Assembly: GCA_019358915.1 (NCBI GenBank) | Contig: JAHHIM010000055.1 | Coordinates: 288,001 to 352,000, forward strand | Length of the DNA stretch: 64,000 nt | DNA from: Trichormus sp. ATA11-4-KO1 | GTDB taxonomy: Bacteria > Cyanobacteriota > Cyanobacteriia > Cyanobacteriales > Nostocaceae | Reading direction: 5' to 3' | Part shown: in pieces, positions 10,665 through 20,279 of the stretch | Position numbering within the stretch: the stretch's first letter is position 1 | Layout: every line of letters begins with the position of its first letter | Notes under the pieces: model-generated | Database searches by the model: none | The model's input: the letters and a program-made list of their open reading frames with translations, nothing else | What the model was told of the DNA's origin: nothing | Made by a program: the position numbers and the translations under genes

Positions 10665-10899
10665 CCTGCTAATATAGCCGAGGTGATTAAATGAGTCAAT
10701 AGTTACCAGAAAAGTTCTGATTTTTTCCCTCAGAGACAGTACTGAACTACGGTACGCTCATTCAGCACAAAATTGCGTAGGCATTCTTTGAGAATCATGA
10801 CAAAGCTTCATGTTAACATGCTTCCCTGAATCTTAACGGGGGCTTTACGCTTCCCGTCTCGTAAAATTTTTTTCATCCAAAATCCAAAATTGTTATGAC

Positions 10900-11850
10900 T
10901 CATAACTCCCAAGGCGCAAAAACCCCCAGTATCTCTACCAGCAAAAACCTCAACACAGATTGAGTAGCCATCACCAATCCCAGTCTGGCTTGAGCTAGTT
11001 CTGGTGAGGAAGTTTTTACATCTCCCCAAATGTGGCAAATGCGCCAGAAGGACTCAAAAGCTTGACTTAAATCTAGCCCCACTTTTTCCCAGTTTACCGA
11101 AGCACTAAAATCAAGGCTCTCTAAATGATCTACTGCTTGTACTAACTCAGAAATTAGATGACCCTCAGCTGGGTGACTAAGGCGGAGCATGTCTTCACAA
11201 TTAAGCCAAGGTATTTGTGCTGTGGAAATTACATGCCAAAAAGCTGATACAGAACTTGGGAAATTGGGCTTTTGCCATTGGGTATTTTCCCCAGGATCTG
11301 GCAGTGGTTCCCTGAGTTTAATTAATCCTTCTCGGTGAGCTAGCAGTACTAATGAGCAGCAGCGTGCATGGGCATATTGAATAGCAAACAAGCGTGCAGG
11401 ATTTTCAGGGATAATTTCTCTTTTCCTCATTGCCCCCCAACCTGGAAGCGCCCCATCTCCCCATCTCTCTATTCCCTCATTTCCCCCTATATTCCTCACA
11501 GCAAGACGTTGCAACCAGGTTGCTAAAAATGGATGAGTTAATTCTAAATAAATCCAACCAGGAGGAACTATTTTGACGTTGAAAACGTCACCATCGGTTG
11601 CCAATAAGTGAAAGGCGATACTACTGGCGATCTCCATAGGTGTTTGATTATGAGATTTCGACAGCCGTAGGGCTACACCTGAGATATACAAAACTCGGTT
11701 ATTATCTCTACCTTTATATAGAGGAATTTTATTATCTTTTATGCGTCGATATTCTTCGCTAAAAGTATAACTACTTAGTGAATGCAGTAAGTAGCTATAT
11801 ATTAACTGCTTAATTGATAGATAGTTGCTCACTAGTAGTTTTTGATGCAC
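10900..11850 (-). CDS. Stand-alone DALR anticodon-binding domain protein (ArgRS fragments without catalytic core)
   Basis: ArgRS N-terminal-like YISGVALRL...PPGWIYLEL and DALR-like IQYAHARCCSL...ARLGLVMATQSVLRFLL..LGV.AP.EL; no HIGH/KMSKS. Confidence 0.75.
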   Translation of the reverse strand: MHQKLLVSNYLSIKQLIYSYLLHSLSSYTFSEEYRRIKDNKIPLYKGRDNNRVLYISGVALRLSKSHNQTPMEIASSIAFHLLATDGDVFNVKIVPPGWIYLELTHPFLATWLQRLAVRNIGGNEGIERWGDGALPGWGAMRKREIIPENPARLFAIQYAHARCCSLVLLAHREGLIKLREPLPDPGENTQWQKPNFPSSVSAFWHVISTAQIPWLNCEDMLRLSHPAEGHLISELVQAVDHLESLDFSASVNWEKVGLDLSQAFESFWRICHIWGDVKTSSPELAQARLGLVMATQSVLRFLLVEILGVFAPWEL

Positions 11851-12121
11851 ATAGTTCTGAGCAAAAAACTATTTCTTACTAATTCAGATATTTTCGTCAT
11901 CCATCCTCAGATATAGACCTAATTTAGATGAAGAAAAATGAGAGTAGCATAAAATTTGATGAATATTCGATGAATAGTAAGTAAACTTTACTACCATCAT
12001 TGTACAGTAGGAAGTATAACAAAAGAGTAGAGTGCAAATTGCCTTCTACTCTTTGGATGGCTGGCGCTGTTAGGCGTTAAGCCTACCCCGCCAACACAAA
12101 GACACTCCTTGCACCTTATTT

Positions 12122-12880
12122 ATGACGTCTTTGTCTTCAGCCGAACGCTCTTTGTTACCTATGCAATCTCCATCCTCCTTTTCTGAGGCATCACGGCCTT
12201 TTCTGACTTGGCAACGGATTCTTGACTGGGCTCAAGAACACTACCGATGCCGCACCTTTAGCAAAGATGAACGCATTCCAGCCCGGCCTGGATTGCTGTA
12301 TTTGGTGCAAAGGGGCGCAATCCGCATGGTAGGAACCGCTCAGGTTAGTGCCACTGCCAGTCAGCTAACGTCTCGACGAATCAACAGAACTCCAGAAGAA
12401 GCTTTCTTGGGTTTTGTCGGAGCGGGACAGCCGTTTGAAATTGTTGCTCAGTCACCATTCACGCTCCAAGCATACGCCCACGTTGACCAGACTGCGGTGC
12501 TGTGGATGTACTGGCACGACTTAGACAACTGGCCTCACTTCCGGCGCGAAGTGATGGATGCCTTTAGGTATCAGCACCAGCGTAAACTGCTGTGGCTGAG
12601 TGCCTTGGGACAACGGCGGACAATCGACCGACTCTTAGGATTTCTCACATTGTTAATTGAGGAATATGGAGAGCCAGCGATGAGCGAAACCGATCCCGAT
12701 GTCATTCGTGGCTATTGTCTGCCCTTTCCTCTTACTCATGCTCAAATTGGTAGCGCGATTGGTTCGACTCGTGTCACCGTCACTCGCTTGATGGGTAAGT
12801 TGCGTCAACGCGGCTTAATCCTGACTCAGGGTGACAATCTCATTTGCTTACCAGCAGAGTCAATTAATAGAGTCAGCTAA
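12122..12880 (+). CDS. Crp/Fnr family transcriptional regulator (no canonical cNMP pocket)
   Basis: LTHAQIGSAIGSTRVTVTRLMGKL HTH; start may be the downstream ATG (MQSPSS). Confidence 0.9.
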   Translation: MTSLSSAERSLLPMQSPSSFSEASRPFLTWQRILDWAQEHYRCRTFSKDERIPARPGLLYLVQRGAIRMVGTAQVSATASQLTSRRINRTPEEAFLGFVGAGQPFEIVAQSPFTLQAYAHVDQTAVLWMYWHDLDNWPHFRREVMDAFRYQHQRKLLWLSALGQRRTIDRLLGFLTLLIEEYGEPAMSETDPDVIRGYCLPFPLTHAQIGSAIGSTRVTVTRLMGKLRQRGLILTQGDNLICLPAESINRVS

Positions 12881-13275
12881 AGCGCATTCAGATTTTTCAC
12901 GAGAAGCCGCAGTAAGTTAGCGTCAGCAACACCTGCTTGCTGCTAGGCTTGACCAGTCTGTTTGACCACCACAAACAGACTGCACGTAATCAGTTAATGT
13001 GCTGATGGAAGAATCTCAATGTTCAATTTGTTTCGTTTACCAAGAGCATTTAGAAGGGAGAATAAATAGTTCTTGGTAGGAAGCAGTTTATTGCCCTTGC
13101 GTCCGCCCCAACGGCAAGGGCTAATAAAATTTTGAGGCTCTGCGCTTTGGGGCAAAAGCGTATTTTTTAGATGTCACCGAGACTGTCATCTCATTTTTAT
13201 AAGACTTGGGTGGTTGTGGAAGTAAAGCCCACAAGGGAGACCACCCAAAATGTCTTGAAAAAATTAATTTCGTTA

Positions 13276-14655
13276 TTAAAATAGCAAAGATAATAATTTA
13301 TAAATAAGGCGAAATATTGCTGTAACTGAAATAGCTACTAAGCCTGCGGCAACTGCCAAAAGCACTACTTGCTGAATTAACACTCCGCCCCGTAAAAATG
13401 GGACAAAAAAAATAATCGCTAAGGTGATTCCCGGAATCATTAATAAATCAAACTTTTCAATCCACCGCCTGGTTTGAGCAAAAATCAGTATTCCTAAAAT
13501 CAGGGCAGAAGCTGCAAAGGTAATTATTGGGGATGGTAATATACTCAAAAGGGTGATCGCAATTAATGCCCCTTCAAAACCACTAAAGGCCGCCCCACCC
13601 AACAATTCCCAAGTCGAAAAAGCTGGTTGAGAGTTTATTGGCTGCGGCTTTGGTGGGGCTGGTGGTTGTTGTTGAGGTTTTGGTAAAATTTTTGAGGGTG
13701 TTAATGGCTGAGCCAAGGCATCTAGAACCTCATCAGCTGACTGAAAGCGTTGATTAGCAGCAGGTAGGAGCATTTTGTCTAAAATCTCAGCTAAGCGAGA
13801 ATTGACAGTGACTTGCGATCGCCATTGCCACTGGTTTCGATAGGCATCAAATAGTTGAGTTGCTTCTTGTCCTGTGAGCAAATTAAGTATAGTGACAGCT
13901 AAAGCGTATAAATCTGTAGATGGAAAGACTTGATTCCCCGCCATTTGCTCAGGTGGGGCAAATCCCATAGAGTAAATTCCGGTAGAAGCACCCACACCGC
14001 CTGATGGCGCATTTGTTACCTGCTTAACTGCACCAAAATCTAGCAGAAAGAGTTTGCCATCACGACGACGCATGATATTAGAAGGTTTGATATCCCTGTG
14101 AATAATACTTCTATCATGGACAAACTGTAATACCTTAAGGATTTCTTGCAGTACCTCCAAAACTTGTTGTTCAGAGAATTTCCCTATTTGAATTAATTCT
14201 TCTTCTAGGTTTTGCCCATCAATGTATTCTTGTACTAAGTAAAAAAACTGGTCTTCTTGTCCTGGCTGCAAACTATGTACTGTCACTGGAAAAAACGCAA
14301 ACAAATCAGGTATCTGCTCGTGTTCGTTGCCTATTTGTGCTAAAACTTCTGCTTCTCTTTCAAACAGCTGTTGTGCTAGTTGCAGTTGAGTTGGGGTTAA
14401 ATTTCCCGCAGGTTGAAACTGCTTAACTACGCATTGACGCATTCCTGGAATCCGGCGATCGCCTGCGAGAAAGGCTGCTCCAAAACCCCCTTTTCCTAGT
14501 AACTTGATTGGTACATACCGACCATCTAGTATTAATGGCATACCACAGGTAGTGCAGTATTTTTGCTGTGTTGTTTTCAGCGTTGTCATGTTATCTAAGT
14601 CCACAAAATAGTTTTGTGGACGTGGACAGCTGGGACGAGTGCAGTAAACTTCCAT
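13276..14655 (-). CDS. Hanks-type Ser/Thr kinase with N-terminal Cys4 zinc ribbon and C-terminal TM helices
   Basis: CTRPSC...CTTCG, LGKGGFG, VVKQ, HRDIKPSN, DFG, APPEQ. Confidence 0.93.
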   Translation of the reverse strand: MEVYCTRPSCPRPQNYFVDLDNMTTLKTTQQKYCTTCGMPLILDGRYVPIKLLGKGGFGAAFLAGDRRIPGMRQCVVKQFQPAGNLTPTQLQLAQQLFEREAEVLAQIGNEHEQIPDLFAFFPVTVHSLQPGQEDQFFYLVQEYIDGQNLEEELIQIGKFSEQQVLEVLQEILKVLQFVHDRSIIHRDIKPSNIMRRRDGKLFLLDFGAVKQVTNAPSGGVGASTGIYSMGFAPPEQMAGNQVFPSTDLYALAVTILNLLTGQEATQLFDAYRNQWQWRSQVTVNSRLAEILDKMLLPAANQRFQSADEVLDALAQPLTPSKILPKPQQQPPAPPKPQPINSQPAFSTWELLGGAAFSGFEGALIAITLLSILPSPIITFAASALILGILIFAQTRRWIEKFDLLMIPGITLAIIFFVPFLRGGVLIQQVVLLAVAAGLVAISVTAIFRLIYKLLSLLF

Positions 14656-14659
14656 TTTA

Positions 14660-14864
14660 GTTTTTAGTCATTAGTCGGCGTAATTCGTAATTGTTCTGCC
14701 ATCAATAAATCAATTTACTCGAAATCCTGAATAAATAAATTATGTTTTTCCTCCCACTAAATTAAGGAACTTGCATCCTTAACCTATTAATTACGAATTA
14801 CGAACTACGAACTAACAATTATTTAGTCATTGGTCATTTGCAAACGACAAAAGACTAATGACTA
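14660..14864. repeat. Composite STRR heptamer repeats (GTAATTC/TTACGAA inverted; TTAGTCA/TGACTAA)
   Basis: cgtaattcgtaatt ... attacgaattacgaactacgaact, flanked by tagtcattagtc and gactaatgacta. Confidence 0.75.
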
Positions 14865-14868
14865 GATA

Positions 14869-15882
14869 TTAGCCTGCGTCAGAGGAGTTGGGTGTCGCCG
14901 CATCCAGTGTATTTACTACTATCTTTTTTTGTGATAATTTTAACATATCCTGATTCCATCCTGGGGTAGCAAACTGAGGCAAAATTTCCTGACTAAAGGC
15001 TTCTGCCGCCTTGGATCTATAGCGATTAGGATTAAAAATCAGCCATAGTGTCCGCTTGACGACGACACCTTCAATGGGGGTGCATTGTAGTACGCCCATT
15101 TGTAATTCCTTAGCGATCGCGGAAGTGGAGACAAAAGCAGCTCCTAAGCCTGATTGCACGGCATTTTTAATGGCTTCGATGGAATTCAGTTCCATTTCAA
15201 ATTTAAACCGCCTAGTATCAATATCACAGCGTGCTAGTACCTGGTCAATTACCTTGCGGATAGTTGATTGGGAGTCAAGAGCAATGAATTGTAGCTTATA
15301 TAGGTCTTCTTTTTGAATTGTGTCGAGTTTAGCAAAGGGATGGAATATCGGGAGAATTAGTGCTAGTTCATCTTCAGCGTAAGGAATAATTTCTAATGAC
15401 TCCGCCAATTCAGTAGGAATTTCGCCACCGATGATAGCTAGATCAACCTGTCCATTAGCTACACTCCAAGCAGTCCGCCGGGTAGAGTGAACATGTAATT
15501 GCACTGCTACATCCGGATATTTTTGCCGGAACATACCGATCATTTTGGGTAATAGGTAAGTGCCAGTGGTTTGAGAAGCACCGACAATTAAAGTACCACC
15601 TTGGAGATTTTGTAAATCCTCAATGGCGCGGCAGGTTTCTTGACACAGACTGAGGATTTTTTCACCGTAGCTAAGAAGTAGATGTCCGGCTTCGGTTAAT
15701 TGTGCGCGACGTCCTCCACGGTCAAATAAAGGCACATCCAGCTGCCGTTCGAGATTTTGGACTTGTAAGCTCACGGCAGGTTGGGAGACGTAAAGACTAT
15801 CAGCGGCACGCTTGAAGCTCCCTTCTGTGGCGATCGCTTTCAGAATACGTAACTGATCTAAAGTGAAAGGAAGGTCAGACAT
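14869..15882 (-). CDS. rbcR: LysR-type regulator, RbcR/Ycf30 clade
   Basis: [72 protein letters not shown]. Confidence 0.85.
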   Translation of the reverse strand: MSDLPFTLDQLRILKAIATEGSFKRAADSLYVSQPAVSLQVQNLERQLDVPLFDRGGRRAQLTEAGHLLLSYGEKILSLCQETCRAIEDLQNLQGGTLIVGASQTTGTYLLPKMIGMFRQKYPDVAVQLHVHSTRRTAWSVANGQVDLAIIGGEIPTELAESLEIIPYAEDELALILPIFHPFAKLDTIQKEDLYKLQFIALDSQSTIRKVIDQVLARCDIDTRRFKFEMELNSIEAIKNAVQSGLGAAFVSTSAIAKELQMGVLQCTPIEGVVVKRTLWLIFNPNRYRSKAAEAFSQEILPQFATPGWNQDMLKLSQKKIVVNTLDAATPNSSDAG

Positions 15883-16088
15883 AAGGCTCAACCCACAAAC
15901 TTTGAAAGGAGCAGCTTGGGCAACAACTCAGGCTTTACAGCTTTCCAGCTAGGCCTGTTTTGTTGCATCTTAAACTTGGAGGCTTGACTCGAAAAAGACA
16001 GTACCACAACATCTTGACTAAAGTCCCCTTTTGAATACTTTGTGGTATTGGTTGTACTAAACTAAATTTTTGTTAAATTACTTCACCT

Positions 16089-16811
16089 ATGTATCCGCTA
16101 CTGAATCCTTGGGTTACTCCCAGTCATTTTGTCATGTTGGGGTTACAATTAGTTTTCGCGATCGCCCACAGTGGTGGCGCCGCCCTACGTCCTTGGGCAG
16201 AAAAGCACATAGGACCGAGGCTTTATCGCATTTTTTTTGCATTAGTCAGTTTACCGTTGGCTGTAATATTAATAATTTACTTTTTTAACCATCGCTATGA
16301 CGGCTGGCAACTTTGGCAGGTACAAGGGGTGCCGGGAGTGAGGGCAGTCGTTTGGGTGTTATCAGCGATTTCGTTTTTGTTTTTGTATCCTGCCACCTTC
16401 AATCTACTAGAAATTGCCGCTATTCAAAAGCCCCAAGTCTACCTCTACGAAACGGGAATCATTCGTATTACCCGCCATCCTCAGATGGTGGGGCAAGTAA
16501 TTTGGTGTATTGCCCATACTCTCTGGCTAGGAACCAGCTTTACCTTGATTACTTCCATTGGTTTGATATTGCACCACTTGTTTGGAGTTTGGCATGGCGA
16601 TCGCCGACTGAGCGGTCGCTATGGAGAGTCCTTTGAAATTATCAAACAACGGACTTCAGTTATGCCTTTCCAAGCAATTATTGATGGTCGTCAATCTATC
16701 AAATGGCAGGAATTTGTCCGTCCTGCCTATTTAGGAGTAGCAATTTTTATAGCTTTGCTTTGGTGGGCACATCCCCTGTTACTTGTAGCAACTAGTAGGA
16801 TAAGATGGTAA
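16089..16811 (+). CDS. NnrU family membrane protein (15-cis-zeta-carotene isomerase-like)
   Basis: FAIAHSGGAALR, TFNLLEIAAI, ETGIIRITRHPQMVGQ, WHGDRRL. Confidence 0.85.
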   Translation: MYPLLNPWVTPSHFVMLGLQLVFAIAHSGGAALRPWAEKHIGPRLYRIFFALVSLPLAVILIIYFFNHRYDGWQLWQVQGVPGVRAVVWVLSAISFLFLYPATFNLLEIAAIQKPQVYLYETGIIRITRHPQMVGQVIWCIAHTLWLGTSFTLITSIGLILHHLFGVWHGDRRLSGRYGESFEIIKQRTSVMPFQAIIDGRQSIKWQEFVRPAYLGVAIFIALLWWAHPLLLVATSRIRW

Positions 16812-16900
16812 TTTTAGATGATCCCCACTATCAAAAGAAAATACAAATTAATGAAAATTTCTGCTTATCAACTGCTACCAAATCAATGTAGGATAAATTC

Positions 16901-17073
16901 AAACAGCTGTCGGTGGGGGTGCGTTCAGTCAGTTTGATATTTTATAGTAGTATGTCACTGGTCAAATAACTGCCCTTGGGAATCGATGGCACGGCAGTCT
17001 GATCCCCTATCCCACAGCTACTCAGGAGTTGAAAAGCCAAAACAGCCACCGTGTAAGTCGCGCTGGCTTTTTT
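16901..17073 (+). ncRNA. Candidate structured RNA/leader upstream of trxC
   Basis: Closing stem AGCTGT(16905)/ACAGCT(17014), internal hairpins, terminator AGCCA...TGGCT-TTTTT, -10-like TAGGAT at 16889. Confidence 0.4.
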
Positions 17074-17209
17074 GTCAGATTTACATTCAACGCTGAAGTA
17101 GTTGCATGATCATCTTTATCCTGAGAGCATATGTAGGAACTGACTAGCTTGCCAATTCCTGCTGCTGATAGCTAGTTTAATATCAAAACCCTATAATTTT
17201 AGAGGCGTC

Positions 17210-17596
17210 ATGGTGTTGTCGGTTAGTGAGCGGACATTTACTCAAGAAGTTTTAGAATCTCCAATTCCTGTTTTAGTTAATTTTGAAGCACCTTGGTGCG
17301 GCTTGTGTCGCATCATTCATCCTCTGTTGTTGCAATTTAGTACTCAATGTGGTGAGCACATTAAATTAGTCGGGGTTAATGCTGATGATAATTTTAAACT
17401 GGCTAATACTTATCGATTAAAATCACTGCCAACTTTATTGTTGGTGGAAAACGGCATTATCCGGTATCGCCTAGAAGGGTTTCGTGGTAGAGAAGATTTA
17501 CGTCTGGCTTTAGAAGAAATTAAACTTACTTACAGCAATCGTTCTAAAACATACAGTAATTCCCTGACAGCAGACTGGGAATGCCGCTCAGCTTGA
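17210..17596 (+). CDS. trxC: Cyanobacterial thioredoxin C
   Basis: Thioredoxin fold with atypical WCGLC active site. Confidence 0.8.
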   Translation: MVLSVSERTFTQEVLESPIPVLVNFEAPWCGLCRIIHPLLLQFSTQCGEHIKLVGVNADDNFKLANTYRLKSLPTLLLVENGIIRYRLEGFRGREDLRLALEEIKLTYSNRSKTYSNSLTADWECRSA

Positions 17597-17679
17597 TGAG
17601 ATTACTGAGTAATAATTAGACCGAGAAATTAGGATTTAACAACTAGGTTATCATCCACAAATATAAAACCATGCTTAAT

Positions 17680-17713
17680 TACCCCACCCAAAGCTCATTG
17701 GGTGGGGTATTTT
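17680..17713 (+). terminator. Intrinsic terminator after trxC
   Basis: TACCCCACCCAA-loop-TTGGGTGGGGTA-TTTT. Confidence 0.75.
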
Positions 17714-17785
17714 ATCCTCAAGGGTGTGTGTCACAATTATTAACAGTTCCGCCAAGTTAGTCAAGAATACTAAAAGTAAGCGTCA

Positions 17786-19876
17786 GTGATGGAAGTAATC
17801 TATGAATATGCCTGGCTAATTCCGGTATTGCCTCTTTTTGGGGCAATGCTGGTCGGTCTAGGGTTAATTTCTTTAAATCAGGTGACAAACCGCCTGCGGC
17901 AACTTAACGCTGTGGTGATTATCTCCCTGATGGGAGCAGCGATGGGGTTGTCGTTGGCCTTGCTGTGGAGTCAAATTCAAGGACACGCGCCTTATATCCG
18001 CACTCTGGAATGGGCAGCAGCAGGCAATTTTCACCTGAGTATGGGCTACACTATCGACCACTTGACAGCTCTGATGCTGGTGATTGTCACCACGGTAGCC
18101 TTATTAGTCATGGTCTACACCGATGGCTATATGGCTCATGACCCAGGATATGTGAGATTCTACGCCTATCTCAGCTTGTTTGGTTCCTCTATGTTGGGTC
18201 TAGTAGTTAGCCCCAACTTGGTGCAGATTTATATTTTCTGGGAACTGGTGGGGATGTGCTCCTACTTGCTGGTTGGCTTCTGGTACGATCGCAAAGCAGC
18301 AGCAGATGCTTGTCAAAAGGCATTTGTGACTAACCGCGTGGGTGACTTTGGTTTACTACTCGGCATCCTAGGGCTATTCTGGGCGACAGGCAGTTTTGAT
18401 TTTGGTGTCATGGGCGATCGCCTCTCCCAACTGGTAGAAACAGGTTCTGTGAGCAATTTTCTCGCTATTCTCTTGGCGATTTTAGTGTTCTTAGGTCCAG
18501 TGGCGAAATCTGCCCAATTTCCTCTACATGTCTGGCTACCAGATGCAATGGAAGGCCCTACCCCCATTTCTGCCCTGATTCACGCGGCCACAATGGTGGC
18601 AGCCGGGGTGTTCCTGATTGCCAGGATGTACCCAGTCTTTGAACATGTGCCAGTTGCCATGAACGTCATTGCCTTTACTGGGGCATTTACGGCTTTTTTG
18701 GGGGCTAGCATTGCCATTACCCAAAATGACATCAAAAAGGGTCTAGCTTACTCCACCATCTCCCAATTGGGTTACATGGTGATGGCAATGGGACTAGGCT
18801 CATACAGTGCTGGATTGTTTCACCTGATGACTCACGCTTATTTCAAGGCGATGCTGTTCTTAGGTTCTGGTTCTGTGATTCATGGTATGGAAGGCGTTGT
18901 TGGTCATGACCCAGCTTTAGCGCAGGATATGCGGTTGATGGGGGGATTGCGAAAGTATATGCCAATTACTGGGATTACCTTTTTGATTGGTTGCTTAGCA
19001 ATTTCTGGTGTTCCACCTTTTGCTGGTTTTTGGTCAAAAGATGAAATTCTCGGCAATGCTTTTGCAGCTAACCCACTGTTGTGGTTAATTGGCTGGCTCA
19101 CTGCCGGCATCACTGCTTTCTATATGTTCAGAATGTACTTCATGACATTTGAAGGCAAATTCCGGGGTACTGACGAGAAAATCAAAGAAAAACTTAAACA
19201 AGCAGCCACTATTGTCCTAGAAATAGAGTCAGAAGAACCAGCCCCGGTTTTTGGACCTGGAGCAATGAAACATGGTGAATTAGCCGCACACGATACCCAT
19301 GACTCCCACGGACATCACAGCGATACTCCCCACGAATCACCGTGGACGATGACTTTGCCATTAGCACTTTTGGCTGTACCTTCGATTTTGATTGGTTTGG
19401 TAGGGACGCCCTACGCGAACTACTTTGAGGAGTTTATTTTTCCGCCTAGTGAAGCCCTCACCGAAGTTCTGGAAAAAGCTGCTGAGTTCAACCCGACGGA
19501 ATTTTACGTCATGGCGGGGGCTTCCGTGGGTATTTCCTTGATTGGCATTACCTTGGCTTCGCTGATGTATTTGCGGGGTAAAATTGACCCGGCGGCGATC
19601 GCGGCTAAAATCAAACCACTTTACGAGCTATCTTTCAACAAGTGGTACTTTGATGACATTTACCATCGCGTCTTTGTCCTTGGCTTACGTCGGATAGCTA
19701 GACAAGTGATGGAAGTTGACTTCCGCGTTGTTGATGGTGCTGTTAACCTCACAGGCTTTTTTACTCTCGTTAGTGGTGAAGGTCTGAAATACCTAGAAAA
19801 CGGTCGCGCTCAATTCTACGCCTTAATTGTGTTTGGGGCAGTTTTGGGCTTAGTAATTTTATTTGGTGTCACCTAA
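17786..19876 (+). CDS. ndhF1: NAD(P)H-quinone oxidoreductase subunit 5 (NdhF1)
   Basis: YTDGYMAHDPGYVRFY, AKSAQFPLHVWLPDAMEGPTPISALIHAATMV; directly upstream of ndhD. Confidence 0.95.
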   Translation: MMEVIYEYAWLIPVLPLFGAMLVGLGLISLNQVTNRLRQLNAVVIISLMGAAMGLSLALLWSQIQGHAPYIRTLEWAAAGNFHLSMGYTIDHLTALMLVIVTTVALLVMVYTDGYMAHDPGYVRFYAYLSLFGSSMLGLVVSPNLVQIYIFWELVGMCSYLLVGFWYDRKAAADACQKAFVTNRVGDFGLLLGILGLFWATGSFDFGVMGDRLSQLVETGSVSNFLAILLAILVFLGPVAKSAQFPLHVWLPDAMEGPTPISALIHAATMVAAGVFLIARMYPVFEHVPVAMNVIAFTGAFTAFLGASIAITQNDIKKGLAYSTISQLGYMVMAMGLGSYSAGLFHLMTHAYFKAMLFLGSGSVIHGMEGVVGHDPALAQDMRLMGGLRKYMPITGITFLIGCLAISGVPPFAGFWSKDEILGNAFAANPLLWLIGWLTAGITAFYMFRMYFMTFEGKFRGTDEKIKEKLKQAATIVLEIESEEPAPVFGPGAMKHGELAAHDTHDSHGHHSDTPHESPWTMTLPLALLAVPSILIGLVGTPYANYFEEFIFPPSEALTEVLEKAAEFNPTEFYVMAGASVGISLIGITLASLMYLRGKIDPAAIAAKIKPLYELSFNKWYFDDIYHRVFVLGLRRIARQVMEVDFRVVDGAVNLTGFFTLVSGEGLKYLENGRAQFYALIVFGAVLGLVILFGVT

Positions 19877-19880
19877 CTTC

Positions 19881-19927
19881 AGTGCTGAGTGCGCTGGCCC
19901 TGAGCGAAGTCGAAGGGGAGTGCTGAA
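19881..19927. repeat. STRR (GTGCTGA) interrupted by a short dispersed element (CCCTGAGCGAAGTCGAAGGG)
   Basis: agtgctgagtgc-gctggccctgagcgaagtcgaagggg-agtgctga; related tgagcgcagtcgaag at about 2487. Confidence 0.6.
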
Positions 19928-20150
19928 TTAAAAGAGTATTCAAAGTCAAGCACTGAGCAATGTTCTGCGGATGAAGGCAGGGTGTACCGTTACCCTCTTT
20001 CATCTTTCTTTGTTTTTATTAAATCAACCTAACAAGGCAGACTAAACAACCAAAAAGCTGTTAGTTAATAAATAGCCGTCATGAACTGTGTGTACACCAA
20101 TAATCAATGAAAAAGGATCTGGAGCTAAGTACCAAAGACTAGTATTTTTG

Positions 20151-20224
20151 ACTCAGCACTCAGCACTCAGCAAGAAGTTGCCAGGAGGGTTTCCCTCCAA
20201 GCAAACTGTCGGTGAGTCAGCACT
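20151..20224. repeat. STRR (CTCAGCA) with inserted GGAGGGTTTCCCTCC hairpin element
   Basis: actcagcactcagcactcagca-agaagttgccaggagggtttccctcc...-gtcagcact. Confidence 0.6.
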
Positions 20225-20279
20225 TTTTCATAGCTAGTGACTATTTGCCCAACATGATTCTGATTGCAGACAAATTGCG

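Noticed and set aside
11981..11994. GTA-N8-TAC (NtcA-like site) upstream of the Crp gene
   Set aside because: The downstream TATAAC is 20 nt away rather than about 22 and lacks the final T; such a short motif arises by chance.
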